Assembly (NCBI RefSeq): GCF_009914755.1 | Contig: NC_060935.1 | Direction: 5' to 3' (one strand) | DNA length: 64,000 nt | From: the human T2T-CHM13v2.0 reference genome, Homo sapiens | In this document: piece after piece, positions 35,168 through 47,831 of the stretch | Layout: each line of letters opens with the position of its first letter | Numbering within the stretch: the first letter of the stretch is position 1 | The notes under the pieces: model-generated | Database searches by the model: none | The model's input: only the letters and a program-made list of their open reading frames with translations | Told to the model about the DNA's origin: nothing | Made by a program: the position numbers and the translations under genes

Positions 35168-35257
35168 AGGAATTCTAGAAGCTCTCCTCAACCCCGTGTC
35201 TCCTCCACACATGCACAGCCTGAAATTCCTCCTGCACTTATCTCTTGGGATGATAAT

Positions 35258-35627
35258 TGTATTAGTCCATTTTCATACTGCTATAAAGAACTGTCCAAGA
35301 CTGGGTAATTTATAAAGGAAAGAGGCTTAACTGCCTCACAGTTCCGCATGGCTGGGGAGGCCTCAGGAAACTTACAATCGTGGTGGAAGGTGAAGGGGAA
35401 GCAAGCACCTTCTTCACAAGGTGGCAGGAAGAAGAAGCTCAGCCAAGGGGAAGAGCCCCTTATAAAACCATCAGATCTCATAAGAACTCATTATCATGAT
35501 ACCAGCATGGGGGAAACTGATCCCACTATTCAGTTACCTCCACCTGTTTTCTCCTTGACATGTGGGGATTACGGGGATTACAATTCAAGATGAGATTTGG
35601 GTGGGGACACAAAGCCTAACCATATCA
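35258..35627 (-). mobile_element. THE1D-like solo LTR
   Basis: tgtattagtccatttt...gggtggggacacaaagcctaaccatatca; TSD ataat/atagt (4 of 5). Confidence 0.9.
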
Positions 35628-37614
35628 ATAGTTCTTCAAAGGTACCTTTAACAAAACTCAGACTAGCACCTGACAACACAGTGTGAACAGGGTTAAGAAC
35701 AGGGATTTGAGGTCTCGGCCGCTGTGTGCCTTTAGGCAGTTCCATGGCCTCCCTGAGCTTTGATCCCTTCTCTTTAGATGAAATGACAATAGACTCTCCT
35801 GGAAGATTCTTGTGAAGACAAAATGAGATTACACACTTAAGCACTCAGCACAGGGCATGGCACGGCATGAGTGGTCAGCAAACAGCAGCCTGCACTCTTT
35901 ACAAGGCGCCTGCACCTGCATCATCCCATCTGATCCTGGCCCCAACTCTGGAGGTGGCCTCACTTCTGGGTGAGACGACTGAAGCAGAGAGAGCAGTGGC
36001 ATTCTGAGCAGGGCTGGAGCTCGGGCCCCCTGACTCAGGCTGGTGCTTTCTTGAAGGGGTGACCTTCAGAGGCCTGGCACAGGTGGCATAGATGGAGCAT
36101 TAGATGTCCTGGATGTCTTGCCTCTGACCTGAGACCTGTAGGGACCTGGAGGCAATGGAGGACATTCCTGGAGGGAGAGGGGCATCAGGAGACAAAGTGA
36201 GGCTCCTACTTCACAGGTTTGCCTGACTCTCTCTAGCCACAGGCTCCCCCTGTCCCCCAAGTCTGCCCTCTCCTGCAGCTCCCCGGACCTGGCCTCTGGG
36301 CTTATGGAGCCCTGGAGTACAGCCTGTCCGCAGGAATGGAGCCGGTGCTGCCCTAGCCCAGCTGATGCCTTCAGGCCTCTGCAGACCTCAGGAGGGAGAA
36401 AGGCTGACCAACGAGGGGGTCCGCTTTCTACTGTTCTCATTTTTTACTGAAATTGCAAGAGAGAGAGGTGGGGGAGGGGCAAGACAAGTAAAAAATAGTC
36501 TCATTTGGACTGAGCAGGGGAGAAAGCAATTTCCTTCTGAAATCTCTTCCTGATTCTTGAAGGATGTAATTTGGAAATGTCCTGGTGGCTCTGGCTGGAG
36601 TGTGGGCCAGACCACCCATAAGGCATGGAGTGGGGACCTACGGGTGGGGAGCAGGGAAGGCCAGTAGGAAAGGAGACAAAGGTCTTGCTGATGGTTTCAG
36701 CCCAAGCCTCAAGGACAGGCCAGCCAGGGGAGATGTGGTAAGAAGGACTGTCACAGCACAGAGGACAGCTGAAGAGTGAGGTGGCAGAGACTGACTTGAG
36801 AGAGGAAGAGGATCTGGGGGTCCTGATGGACCAGGGTGGGGGGGATACACTGGGAAGAATTCTAAGCCCGGCTGGGGTAGGAGGGTGGCCCAGTACCTAA
36901 GAGAGGTCCATGCTCTGGGGTCTGTATCTCGGGAGATTTCATGGGGCAAAGGCAGAAATCCATCCTGAAGGACTATGCATCCTTAAGTTTCTTTGCTGGA
37001 AAGTCATCTGGGTGCTGGGCAATCTGGCGGCAACTTGGAGGCTTATTCAGAGCCTGCAGGAGAAGCAGGGCCCTGGTACGGGGTGGTAAAGGGGCACAGG
37101 GGAGGCTTGACATGCCCAGGGTTCCTCTGCTTGTCGTCCTTTGGAGTCACGCTCCAAGTTCCTCCACAGCCTCTTCTGCAGCCCTGCCACCTTCCAAGCC
37201 GCCATGGTGTGGCTCTGAGGGTCCCAGCTTGGGGAGCAGCATTGGCCCTATGAGAGGGCAGAAATGGAGACTGAGACCCACCAGCACTTTAGGGGCCTCC
37301 CTGGGACTCGTCCTTCCCTCTGACATGATGCTAACTCCATGTCCTGAAGCATCAGCTCATCACCCCATCCTTCAACTAACCCATCAACCAGCCAAGTACA
37401 CCAACCAACAAGCCAAGCCACACCCCACTCACCAATCCATCAGCCACCACTCTACCTGTTACCCTACACCCTGCCATGCCACCAACTCAGCAACCTTCTA
37501 AGCAACATACCAATTCACCAACCAGATAATCTACCAACCGGCCTATTCTTCCACCATCTAACCACCCCACTAACCAGCCTATCAGCCAACTCACCAACCA
37601 ACTCATTACCACAC

Positions 37615-38626
37615 TGTCCAATCAGGAGATAGAAGCTACACAGTGCTGTGAACAGAAAGCTTTAATATAAAGAATTATTAACTATAACAGGAAATCACCC
37701 ACTAAGCATGACAGGAGATCATCCAATAACCATGACAGGAGATCGCCCACTAACCGTGACAGGAGATTGCCCAATAACCGTGACAGGAGATCGCCCACTA
37801 ACCGTGACAGGAGATCACCCACTAACCGTGACAGGAGATCGCCCACTAACCGTGACAGGAGATCGCCCACTAACCATGACAGGAGATCGCCCACTAACTG
37901 TGACAGGAGATCTCCTAGTAACCATAATAGGAGATTGCCTAGTAACCATAACAGGAGATCACCTAGTAGCTATGACAGGAGATCACCCAGTAACCATGAC
38001 AGGAGATCACCCACTAACCATGACAGGAGATCGCCCACTAACCATAACAGGAGATTGCCTAGTAACTATAACAGGAGATCGCCTAGTAGCTATGACAGGA
38101 GATCACCCAGTAACCGTGACAGGAGATCGCCCACTAACCATGACAGGAGATCACCCACTAACCATGACAGGGGATCACCCACTAACCATGACAGGAGATC
38201 GCCTACCTAAGGAACACTTCTACCTCTAGGGCTGAGGCCGAGCATCGAAGGCAGGAAGAAACCTGGAAGCGTCTTCCCGCAACCCCAACACCCAGGGCTG
38301 AGACCCAAACCTTGTTAGAGATGGTACAGCCGAGGCGCCCTGGCTGCAGGAAAGTTTGCTGAAGTGCCGGTGTGGGTGGAACTCTCTGGCAGGCCACTCT
38401 CTGGGCTGCTGCAGGAGGCTGGATGCTGCGGGACACCTCACTGAGGAGCCTGCAAGAGAAGCCCTTCCTCGTCCTGTGCTGCTCCTCCAGCACCGTCTCC
38501 TGGGAAAGCCGAACATGGAGCCAGCTGGTTAAAGAGAAATATCGACAGGGTCTAGCTCCACGATCACAGACCAGACCCCGGAGAGTACATGTGAAGCTGA
38601 GACGCAATTCAGTAATAACTGGCACA
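37615..38626 (-). mobile_element. ERVL LTR (LTR33/LTR41-like) containing a minisatellite
   Basis: Minus strand begins tgtgccagttatta...tctcagct; 3' part reads ataattctttatattaaa...tctcctgattggaca. Confidence 0.7.
37681..38208. repeat. 24-bp minisatellite, 22 copies (ACCRTGACAGGAGATCRCCCACTA)
   Basis: 22 consecutive units of exactly 24 bp with no indels. Confidence 0.97.
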
Positions 38627-40509
38627 CCTGTTCTCTTGCTTCCCCACCAACTCTGCAACCCACTAACCAATATGCCACTCATCCACCAACCAACCAATCA
38701 GCTAACAAGCCTACCCTTCCACCATTTCATCACCCCACCAACTGCAGTCCTCTGACCAGAATACCCATCTACCTACCTACCTGCTACCCCAGCAACCCAG
38801 TTTTCTTGAATGTTCCAGGCACTGTGCTGAGGGCAGTGAGGAATACAGCAGTGAAAGGGAAGTCTGCACCCTGAAGGAGTGACACTCATTTATTCAAATT
38901 GGGCAACATATGCAACCTATGCCTATGATTTACTGTGGGCCAATAAGGCCCTGTTTCACGCAGGTGACATCCATTAAATGGACAAACAGTGGGCAGACAG
39001 CATGCTCTGAAGCTAGTGGTGGGAGAGATCACTATGGCCTGATGGTAGAGAGCAGCCTCGTGGAGGAGGGAAGTGATCTGGGCATTGAAGAATGAGCAGA
39101 GTAGAGATTCCAATTTGGAAAAGGAAAAGAAAGGCACGGGGGCAGGAATGTCTGGTATCTCTGATGCGAAGGAGGACTCGGCACAGGGAGACTTCTGCAC
39201 AAGAAGGGCTCACCATCCTGGGGGCGCCACAGGCCCCAGCTGCACGGGCCTGCAGGGAGCACACGTCCATCTCATCCGTGACAGGCAAGAGCTATCACAC
39301 CCCTAGGAGAGGCTGATCCTATCATCAGCTTCTTTCTCAGGCAGTGAAGGGGCTCCTCCTTTTCATCAAGGGCTAAACTACAATTTTGAAAAAAAAAAAA
39401 AAAGGCTCACCCAGCATCAAGCAGACATCAGAAAGAACTTCCAGTCCAGACCAGCAGGAGGCTCAGGAATGCGATACTTCCAACTGTCTGGGGTGCCTGA
39501 AATATTGACCTGCTCAGAGGCAGGGGAATATCCGCAATGACCCTTCCTCACCCTGTTGTTAAAGGGCTCCTTGTGGCCCAGGTCCACCTGCTCCCAGGCT
39601 TCCATCAGCCCAAGTGCCATTAAGTATCTCGGAATAAAAATCTGACTTCAGAATCAATTGATGGAGAGAGGTTCTCCAAACATTCGCTGGTGAAGGTAAT
39701 TAAATTCCAATCGGAGAAGATGGAGCTGTGTGACGGGGCGGTGGGGGCAGCGGCTGGCACCTGGCTGCTGAGCAATGAAATCACGGGCGTGCGCAGCCCA
39801 GAGCTGGCAGCGGCACAAAGGAAATTGGAGCAGTCAAATATTTCCCTCCTCGTTGAGTTCCATTTACATGTTTATAATAGAGGTTCTTAAGGCCCTAATG
39901 AGAAGGCTGCTCATTGCAGGCAAGAGGATGATTAAGGCTCTGCCAGACGAGATCAGGGACAGGAACAAAGGCCTGTTAATTACTACAGAGGGACAGGAGG
40001 AGCGCCAGGCTCCAGCTCGCTGCTCCCCCAGAGCCTCCCAGCCTGGTGCCTTCTGGTTCGCTGAGGCTGCCTCACCTTTGCTCCCAACCCAGGTGACCTC
40101 CCGGGGCGGGCTAGATTCCCCAGAGCTGGAGTCAGGGGTTCAGGGACCATTTCCACTTTCCCTCCCTAGGGGGTGATTTCAGGCAGTACCCCTGGCACAT
40201 GCAGATTTGTCCTCTGAAGGTGCCCTGTTGGGGGAAATGGCTCAGAGGAAGCCACGCTGCTGAACTGCTTGGCCACCGCCTGAACCATGAGGTTCACCTG
40301 CCCACCAGGGGGGTTGCTCACTTGAGCTTCCAAGCCCTAGAGGGAGGACCACCCTGGGCGGATGACAAAGCCCCTCTTCCCAGCCTTCAGCATCCAAGAG
40401 ACACAGTTATACCTGTGGAGACCCAGGCCAGAATTAGTGATGGATGATGTCATCTGGTACAAAGGCAGAGGGTTCTTGCCAAGTTGATTTTAAGGCCTTT
40501 CTAACAACC

Positions 40510-40760
40510 GGAGTTCATGGTATGGTGGAAAAAGTAAAGGTTTTGTGTCAACAGGCTTAGGGTCAGGCAGACTTGGTCTCAAATCCCAGGTATTCTGTTT
40601 GCTAATGAGGTGCCCTGGACAGGTTATTAACTTCTCTGAGCCTCAGTCTCTTCATCAGTTAAAAGGGGGTAATCTCACCTACTACACTCGGGCTGGTTTT
40701 ATGATGCAATGAGATAATGTTGACTAGGTCTGGCACAAAGTAGGTGGTCAGTTCACATTG
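40510..40760 (+). mobile_element. MIR (near complete)
   Basis: ggtatggtggaaaaag...caaatcccagg...aacttctctgagcctcagtctcttcatc...tggcacaaagtaggtg. Confidence 0.75.
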
Positions 40761-43700
40761 GTGACCTTGTCCCCTATTCTGAGGGGCTGGGTTGGTATGC
40801 TTTGGAAGTCCTGCCTATCTATGACCTGCAGGACATGGGGCTGAGTGTGGGCAGTATCTGATTTCCTTCAGCCTGTCGCTGCTCCGTAGCACCTCTTCTT
40901 GTGACATGGCATCTGGCAATATTGAAGGGAAAGAGGAGATTGTCTGGCCAGGGCTGGGAGGAAATCAGACTCTGTGCACTGCTTGCCCAAGTGCCCCTCA
41001 CCTGTGTCCCACTCTACCTCTGAGGGCTCCAGAGATGAGGGGAAGATGCGAGGAGGGAGAGAAGAGTCATGTTTGAGGAGCTCCCTGATTTCTCTATGAG
41101 AAAGAAAAATCAGAGAAATAAGTTATGCCATGCAAAGTGGAGTGAATCTGGTAGTCAAGGGTTGAATTTGAAGAACTTTGATTTTTAGGAAAATGGTCAT
41201 CTTGTAAAGGCCCAAACCAGAGCTTTCTCAACTAGAATCCGATTTTAGGCCCAGGGGATATAGGGTCTAAGAGGAGAATGATTCTGCGGTTAACACAAAG
41301 ACCCAAAGATGAGAGACCCCCAACTCCCTGGAGGATATGGTGCCATCTTGGTCTTCCCGGGGTCAGTGTTGGCAGCTGGGAACATCTCAGTGGCTTCTTG
41401 GCTTACTAAGGTGCTTCCCTTGGAGCTGTCCACGGTGCTGGCCTCAGAGCCTATCTGGCCCTGGCTGCCTGGCCACACCTACCTCTCCAGCTGGCTGTCA
41501 GGCCTGTCACCTGCAGAGCTTCTGCCCCAGCCCACAGCACTGAACCTTGCTGCAAGCCCCAGGATTTTCAGACACACCTAATGCTAAGATGCATTTTAGC
41601 TTGAGCCTTAGGGCTAACAATAACCTAGTCCCTAGAGTCCACCTTAAACAGAACTCTCACCAGAATCTAGACTTGAATCCATATCAATCTGAAGTACAGC
41701 TCGAATCATCATCCCTTCCTTAATATGAATCTTAAACCCTATTCTCATTTCTAGTCTCCAATCGAGTACTGGTCTGAAGTTCACCTCTTACCCTAACTTC
41801 CGAATGAACCTGAGCCCTAAAGACTTGATCTTGGGCAAAGGATTGGCCCATCCCCTCTTCTCTCCCTCCTTATGAATGTGGCAGAGCCTCTGTGGTGAGC
41901 GCTGTGGGTAGAGAGATGTGTCCTGTGCTGCCCCTGCTCTCCAGGAACTTGGCTGTGTGCCCCTACCGCCCTCACCATCAGACAAATTCATGTCAGTGTC
42001 AGCATTGACGATATTCTCCCAAGAGGGAAAGTCTTTAGAGAAGATGTCATCATCATTTACAAGGCAAAACATAGAGGTGGGCCATGGAGAGCTCTGAATT
42101 CTTCCCACTGTGCACCACCTGCCGAGAGGCTCTGGCTCCTGCCTCCTGTGCCTTTGGTCCACGCTGCATGCTGGTGTGGGTGGCGAGTGAAGAGTGGAGG
42201 AAACTTTCATAGGGGCAAGGCCCACCTGTCTCTGTGGAATATGATTCACATAGTTGTAGGTAGATGCTGAGGAGGCCCGGGTAGCACAGGAAGTACCAGA
42301 CCCTGAGCACCTACCATTACCAGGCCCCTCGCTGACCTTCACAACACTCACTGAGCGGGGCTGAGGAAGCCGAAGGGCCTTTGTATCCATTACAAAGATA
42401 ACAGGTAGAAGAGCTGGGAATGAAATACAAGTCCTGTGGCTGCTGAGTCCTAGAGGCTGGGGACGGTGAGGGGAGAGGCTTTCTAAAGGAGGTGAGGTGC
42501 AGGCGGTGGGGACACAGGCAGTGTGGGGTGCAGTGTCAGGAGGGATGAGTGGGGGTTGAGGTGAGAGGTGAGGAAGAGAGGTTGACCAAGGCTGGGAGAT
42601 GCAGATGGGATGGGGATGGCCCCATAGGCTGGTCTGGACTTTCCCTGTGCCCAAGGCCAGACACTGGGGAAAGCTCAGGGAGAGAAGAGAACTTGCAAAG
42701 CGGAGTCACATTCTTCTCTCCCATGGCGGGTTCCTCCTGAGGGGCCTGCTCTTGTGAGATGACATGAAGAAGGGGAATGGGGAGAATGGCGGCCAGGAGA
42801 AGACATATGACATTCCCCAGGGTCAATGGTGCGGCCCGTGTGTCTATCTACTGGCCCTCCACTCCTCCTGCGCCACTTTCTTCCTTCCCCACAGCCACCA
42901 TCCTAGTCCAGGCCATGCCCGGCCACTGGCTGCAGCCTCCATTGCCTCCCTTCTCCATCCTTTGGGTCCTCTGCCCACAGCCAGAGGGACCTGCCTGAGG
43001 CCCTCATGAGGACCCTCCTCCCCAAGAAGATGGGCTGCTCCCTCTTTCCTGCCAAATTCCACTCGCCTCTCCTCCTTGGCTTTCTGTCACTTGTAGCTGT
43101 GGCAAACTTGTCCTAGCTGGGACACTGATGAGGAAGGCAGTGCTGTGGATGATGATGAGGGCAGCAGGCATGATGCCAGGATGCCCCCTGACTCCTGCCT
43201 CCTCTCCAGCCGACCCCCCAGGATTTCCCAAAACCTCCCTCAGCTCCTCCAGATCCTGCCAACTGCTAGGCTCAGGCCCTCCCACAGCTTCCCCGGCCTG
43301 GAAAGGGCGCTAGAATGGGAGTCAGAGGAACCGAGCCCAGTTCCTTATTGACTGCCCTGAAGCCTGGGATAGGGCGCCTCTCCTCTCTACTGTCTCCCCT
43401 GTAAAATGGGGATAATCCCTCCTGCTCCACTCTTCTCCCAACGAGAGGGAGAATATGACAGCACTTGGTAAGTAACTGCACTGCATAAAGAGGCCTGCTG
43501 GAGTTACTGGCCCCCATTCATGCCTACATTTTGGCCCCATTATTTACATTTAGTTTTATTCCCCTCCTCCTCCTGGAGTCTCTGTTCCCTGCCACGGGGT
43601 GTGCAGCTCGCACCCTCTGTGGCCTCCAGCATTCTCTGGCTGAGCCTGCTGCCTGCCACTGATCAGGCCCGTGCAGGGAAGGTGGTGGCTTTCTTCCCTG

Positions 43701-43777
43701 CCAGTCTTAGCACAGTCCTGGGCTCCCAGGGGACCTCCGTCTAGTTGACTCGATATTGACTGAACCCAGCTTTAGAT

Positions 43778-43962
43778 CAATGGTTCTCAAGCTGAAGCAT
43801 GTATCAGAATTGCCTGGTGAGCTCATTAAACCCCAAATTGCTGGTTCCCTCCCCAGTTTCTGATTCTAGAAGTCTGGGTGGAGCCTGAGGATCTGCATTT
43901 CTGACAAGTTCTCAGGTGATGCTGATGCTGCTGGTCCAGAAACCACACTTTGAGAACCACTG
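43778..43962 (+). mobile_element. MER5A (hAT-Charlie)
   Basis: TIRs caatggttctcaa / ttgagaaccactg; ctgcatttctgacaagttctcaggtgatgctgatgctgctggtcc. Confidence 0.9.
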
Positions 43963-45339
43963 TTGTTCTCAGCGAAAACCTGGATGGCCCTGCCAGGAAG
44001 TCTTCTGTCTAAGTGGGCTTAGATGAGATGGCCTTATGGGGCGGATGTGTGTGTGGAGGGGCCTGGGTCCGTGGCACCCCAGACACCAGGAAGTGAGTGC
44101 CTCTTGCCTAGAGGCAGAAGCAGCCTTGAATGTCCTGAGTCAGAGCTGCGACATCTGAGTTTAATCTGTGTGGAGCAATTCAAGGGAGGGAGCCAAGGGT
44201 GGGGGGAGTGGGAGCTGGGAAGGCGGCTGCATATTTCATACTGTTCCCAGCTTTGAAGGTCCAGGGAAAGCGTGTGGCAGTCGGTGACAGCTTCATCGTA
44301 ATGAGGGATGGGGAGATGCACCCTGCTTGGGGTGAGGCGCTCATCAGATGGGTGGAAGGATGGTCAGGGAGGGGCAGGGGAGGTGGTGGTAGGTGTAGAT
44401 GGGAAGTGGTGGTGGGGGAGGGTAGAATCTGTAGTGTGGGCCCCTCCTCTAGACTCATCCCCATCTCCCCAGCATATGTGGGTGGTGATGAGATTCCTGG
44501 AGGGTTTTCAGATGCAGTCTTTAAGGGCCTGTATCCATCCCCAAGGTCACACCTGGAATATCCTCTCCCTCCAAAGAGGTATCTCAACATCAGCAGAAGC
44601 TCTAGCAGGGCAAAGCCCCACTGTTCCTGAAACTGTCCCCAACTGGACCCTGGTGGTATCTGAAGCCTCTGAACTGCATGAGAATAGGGCTCATTACCAT
44701 TCAGCCTCAGATCTGCACCCTGTTTGCCCTTCCTGTTCCATCCCCCCATCCCCGACCTCCCACCAGCAGGGGCCAAGGCCATTTCTAAAGAGTTTATAAT
44801 CGAGGGCTTGGGAGGAGTCTCTGGACATTCTAAAAAGGCCTCCTCCTTTCTCTTAGTTTTGGGCCCCACCTGTGGTACAGCCCTGATGTAGGAATTTAGA
44901 ATTCCAGATCTATGGCAATGGAGTAGTTGGGGACACACTGCTCAGTGGCAGGGTTGGCTGGGGGACAATTTCTGGGACCAGAAAGGGGGTGTGCACAGGC
45001 TGAGTGCCCCCTGTTTACAGCCTCAAAGGGCTCTCAGCACCCAAGTTGGTTGTATTGACAAACATGCCCCTTCTGGGCTCAGCAGGGATCCAGGCCAGCC
45101 TTGGAGGAGTCACAGAACCATTTAGAGTCGGTGACCAGTTTCCTTACAGACAGCGGGGTATGCACAGAGGGATACCTGGCAGGAGTCACACAGACTTTGC
45201 TGCTCCGGGGCTGCCCAGCCCTGCCCCATGATCAGGGCTGCATTTGCTCTTCAGAGGCCTTTGCCAACACAGGGTGAGCGGGACCCTGGAAGGTGAGAAG
45301 GGAGGATGGCAGTGCAGCCCGGCTTCCCTCAGACAGACC

Positions 45340-45525
45340 CGGGCCCAGCCCTGGCTTTGCCTCCTAGTTTCTAAGGATGCGACCTTGGGCAAGTCATGTG
45401 GCTTTTCAGAGCCTCAGTTTGCTCATCCTTAAAATGGGAACAATTGTATCAATTTTGCGGGGCTGATATGAGATGACATATGGACAGCACTGAGCACAGT
45501 GCCTGGCACTGGTCCGCTCTCAATA
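45340..45525 (+). mobile_element. MIR
   Basis: gaccttgggcaagtca...gagcctcagtttgctcatc...gcacagtgcctggcac. Confidence 0.75.
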
Positions 45526-47599
45526 ACAGCATGTGCAGACCTGGGGCGGGAGGCATCCAAAGCTGCTTAGGGCCTCCCCCTCCCCAGGGCCTCCTCCCTC
45601 CATCCCAGACCTGGTGGAACCAAGAACCGGCCTTGAGCCCCCTCCCTCAGAGTGGCTGGAGTGAACATTCAATCCTGATTAGCTCCACCGGGCTCCGTCG
45701 TAACCTTTTCATTAGGAAATTATGTTTAATAGAAATTGTTCTGACACCTCTCAGCAGCGTTTCCCTGCAATTCATTACCACTGGGGAGGGGGCAGGTGGC
45801 AGAGCGGCTCTGGGGCCCAGCTCCTTGGGGGAGGGGCCGGCCCTCTCCCTGCCGCTTTCCTGGTTCAGCCTTTGCTATATGGGTGGAAGGGATGCAGGAC
45901 AGAGGTGTTCCTGCTTGGCTTCCCCACAGAGAGGCAGGCCAGCTGTTGAAGCACATCTGGATGGGGCCAGTCACTCTCAGCACCCTCCCCTGGGTCCGAT
46001 TTGGGACTACCCAGCTGTTGCCAGTGATGCTCATGTGTTAATGGCACTCTCTATTCTTGTTTAGTCCTCACTGTCCCCAGAAGGAAGAGAGGCACACAGC
46101 GCTCCCCAGCCGCTGGAATCCAGGAAGAATTGAGGTGCTCAAGACCCACCACCTCTTTGCCTGCAAACTCTAAGCTCACTGTCCTGCTCCCTTGCTCCCA
46201 GAAGTGGCACTGGATGGATCCCATCCAGGTCAGCCCAGGCTGTCATTTCCTCCCCTTCTGTACCTAATCTCAGCGAGATGAAGAGTTTACACCTGTTTCT
46301 CACTTGAATTAGGGAAGTCTAGTTTGCATTCTCCTGACTGGATGGGCCTGCATTGAATCTTTCATCTCATTGGTCTGGGGATTTGGTTCTGAAGACCAAT
46401 GCCTTCCAGAATCTTCCTGTCTCTCCCCAAATTCTGGGCGGTTCTGTTTCCAGCACTCATCCATGATGGGGGGGTACAGGAAATGAGTGTTGAGGGAAAG
46501 GCATCCCACCTTCTCTCTGTTCCATCTTCCAGATCTGACAACTCACTGGAAAGTTCTTCTCTGTGTCCCTGTCCCCCGTCTGGTTCTGAGGCCGCTGCTT
46601 TCCCCAGCCTTGGTGCCTTGGGTTTTCTGCTCTGTGAAATGAACCAGGTCCCTTATCCTGTTCTCCCCTGAAGAAAAGAGGGTGTGGGGGGCTTGGCACA
46701 GGAAATGGCCCTTGCCTTTCACAGGCTTTGGGGTCTGAGGGCAGCTCTGATGCCCCAGCATGCTTTTCCAACCCAACAACTGGGGAGACCCGCTTGCCAT
46801 TTTACCACCCAGTATCTGAAATTAGCAGCCGCCTAATCTCTCTCTGCCATATCACTCAATGGTTTAATTGTGCAGAAAAAAATGTATTAAAATGCAAAGC
46901 ACTCAGTTGTACTTCTTTATGTTAAATCCCTTCTTCGCTCTATCTCCCTTTTAATTTTACAAGGTTTTTTCTCTTTCCCCCTTTCATAAAGGGGAGAACT
47001 GGGCACGCAGGGAATCATTTCAACTCCCCTATAAATCTCCAAAATGAATACTTAAATTCGAGGAAAAAATACATTCTTACACCTTTAATTTCCCTGCTAT
47101 GAAGTGTAATGAAAAAGCCTGATTATTTTTAATTCTTCCCTTTAATAATTCAGCAGCGGAGTGATTTAAGACTAGGATTCATAATTACCTTTCCGCTTTC
47201 TTGGCAAATGGAGTTTTAATAGAAATGAGAGCTCTGGCGACTGAAATGGATTTCAACAGGTCGCTGGGGGGTCAGGTTCAACACCAATTGGTGGAAGAGT
47301 GTTCCTAAGGCCCCTCAGGTGTGGGGTCTGGACTGGTTACCTGGGCCCACGTGGACAGAGGAAGTATATCACCTTGTGCTCACTGGGAACCATCTGTTGT
47401 AATAGTAACAGAAGGTCACAGTGTGGGTGCCTAATGACCCATTTATCCTAGAAGGAAGAAACTAGTGAAAAATGGCCATCAGGACAGTCTTCACGATTAG
47501 TAATAATAACTAATAACTATGATGTTAATGATAGCAGATACCATTAATTGAGCAAATACTATGTGTCAGGCACAGTGTTAAGTGCTTCAGAGACATTCT

Positions 47600-47766
47600 A
47601 GGCAGGCATGATGGTGTGCACCTGTAGTCCCACCTACTTAGGAGACTGAGGTGGGAGGATCACTTGAGCCTGGCTCACTTGAGGCTGCAGTGAGCTGTGA
47701 TCATCACCACCACCATCATCCAACCTGGGTGAGAGAGTGAGACCCAGTCTCTAAAAAGAAAAAAAT
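47600..47766 (+). mobile_element. FRAM (free right Alu monomer) inserted in a minus-strand MIR (about 47500-48290)
   Basis: Single right arm plus A-tail; AGACATT at 47591-47597 and 47767-47773. Confidence 0.85.
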
Positions 47767-47831
47767 AGACATTATTTTTTCTCATTTTCACAATAATCTA
47801 TTCTACATGGGGGAAACTGAGGCTCAGAGAC

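Noticed and set aside
37681-38229. ORFs of 173, 147 and 70 aa with 8-aa repeats; CRISPR-like regularity
   Set aside because: A 24-bp unit is a multiple of 3, so frames stay open trivially; units are head-to-tail with no unique spacers and no cas genes.
44180-44938. 252-aa minus ORF containing ETPPKPSI, like an LRC Ig-domain start
   Set aside because: No following Ig cysteine/tryptophan pattern found.
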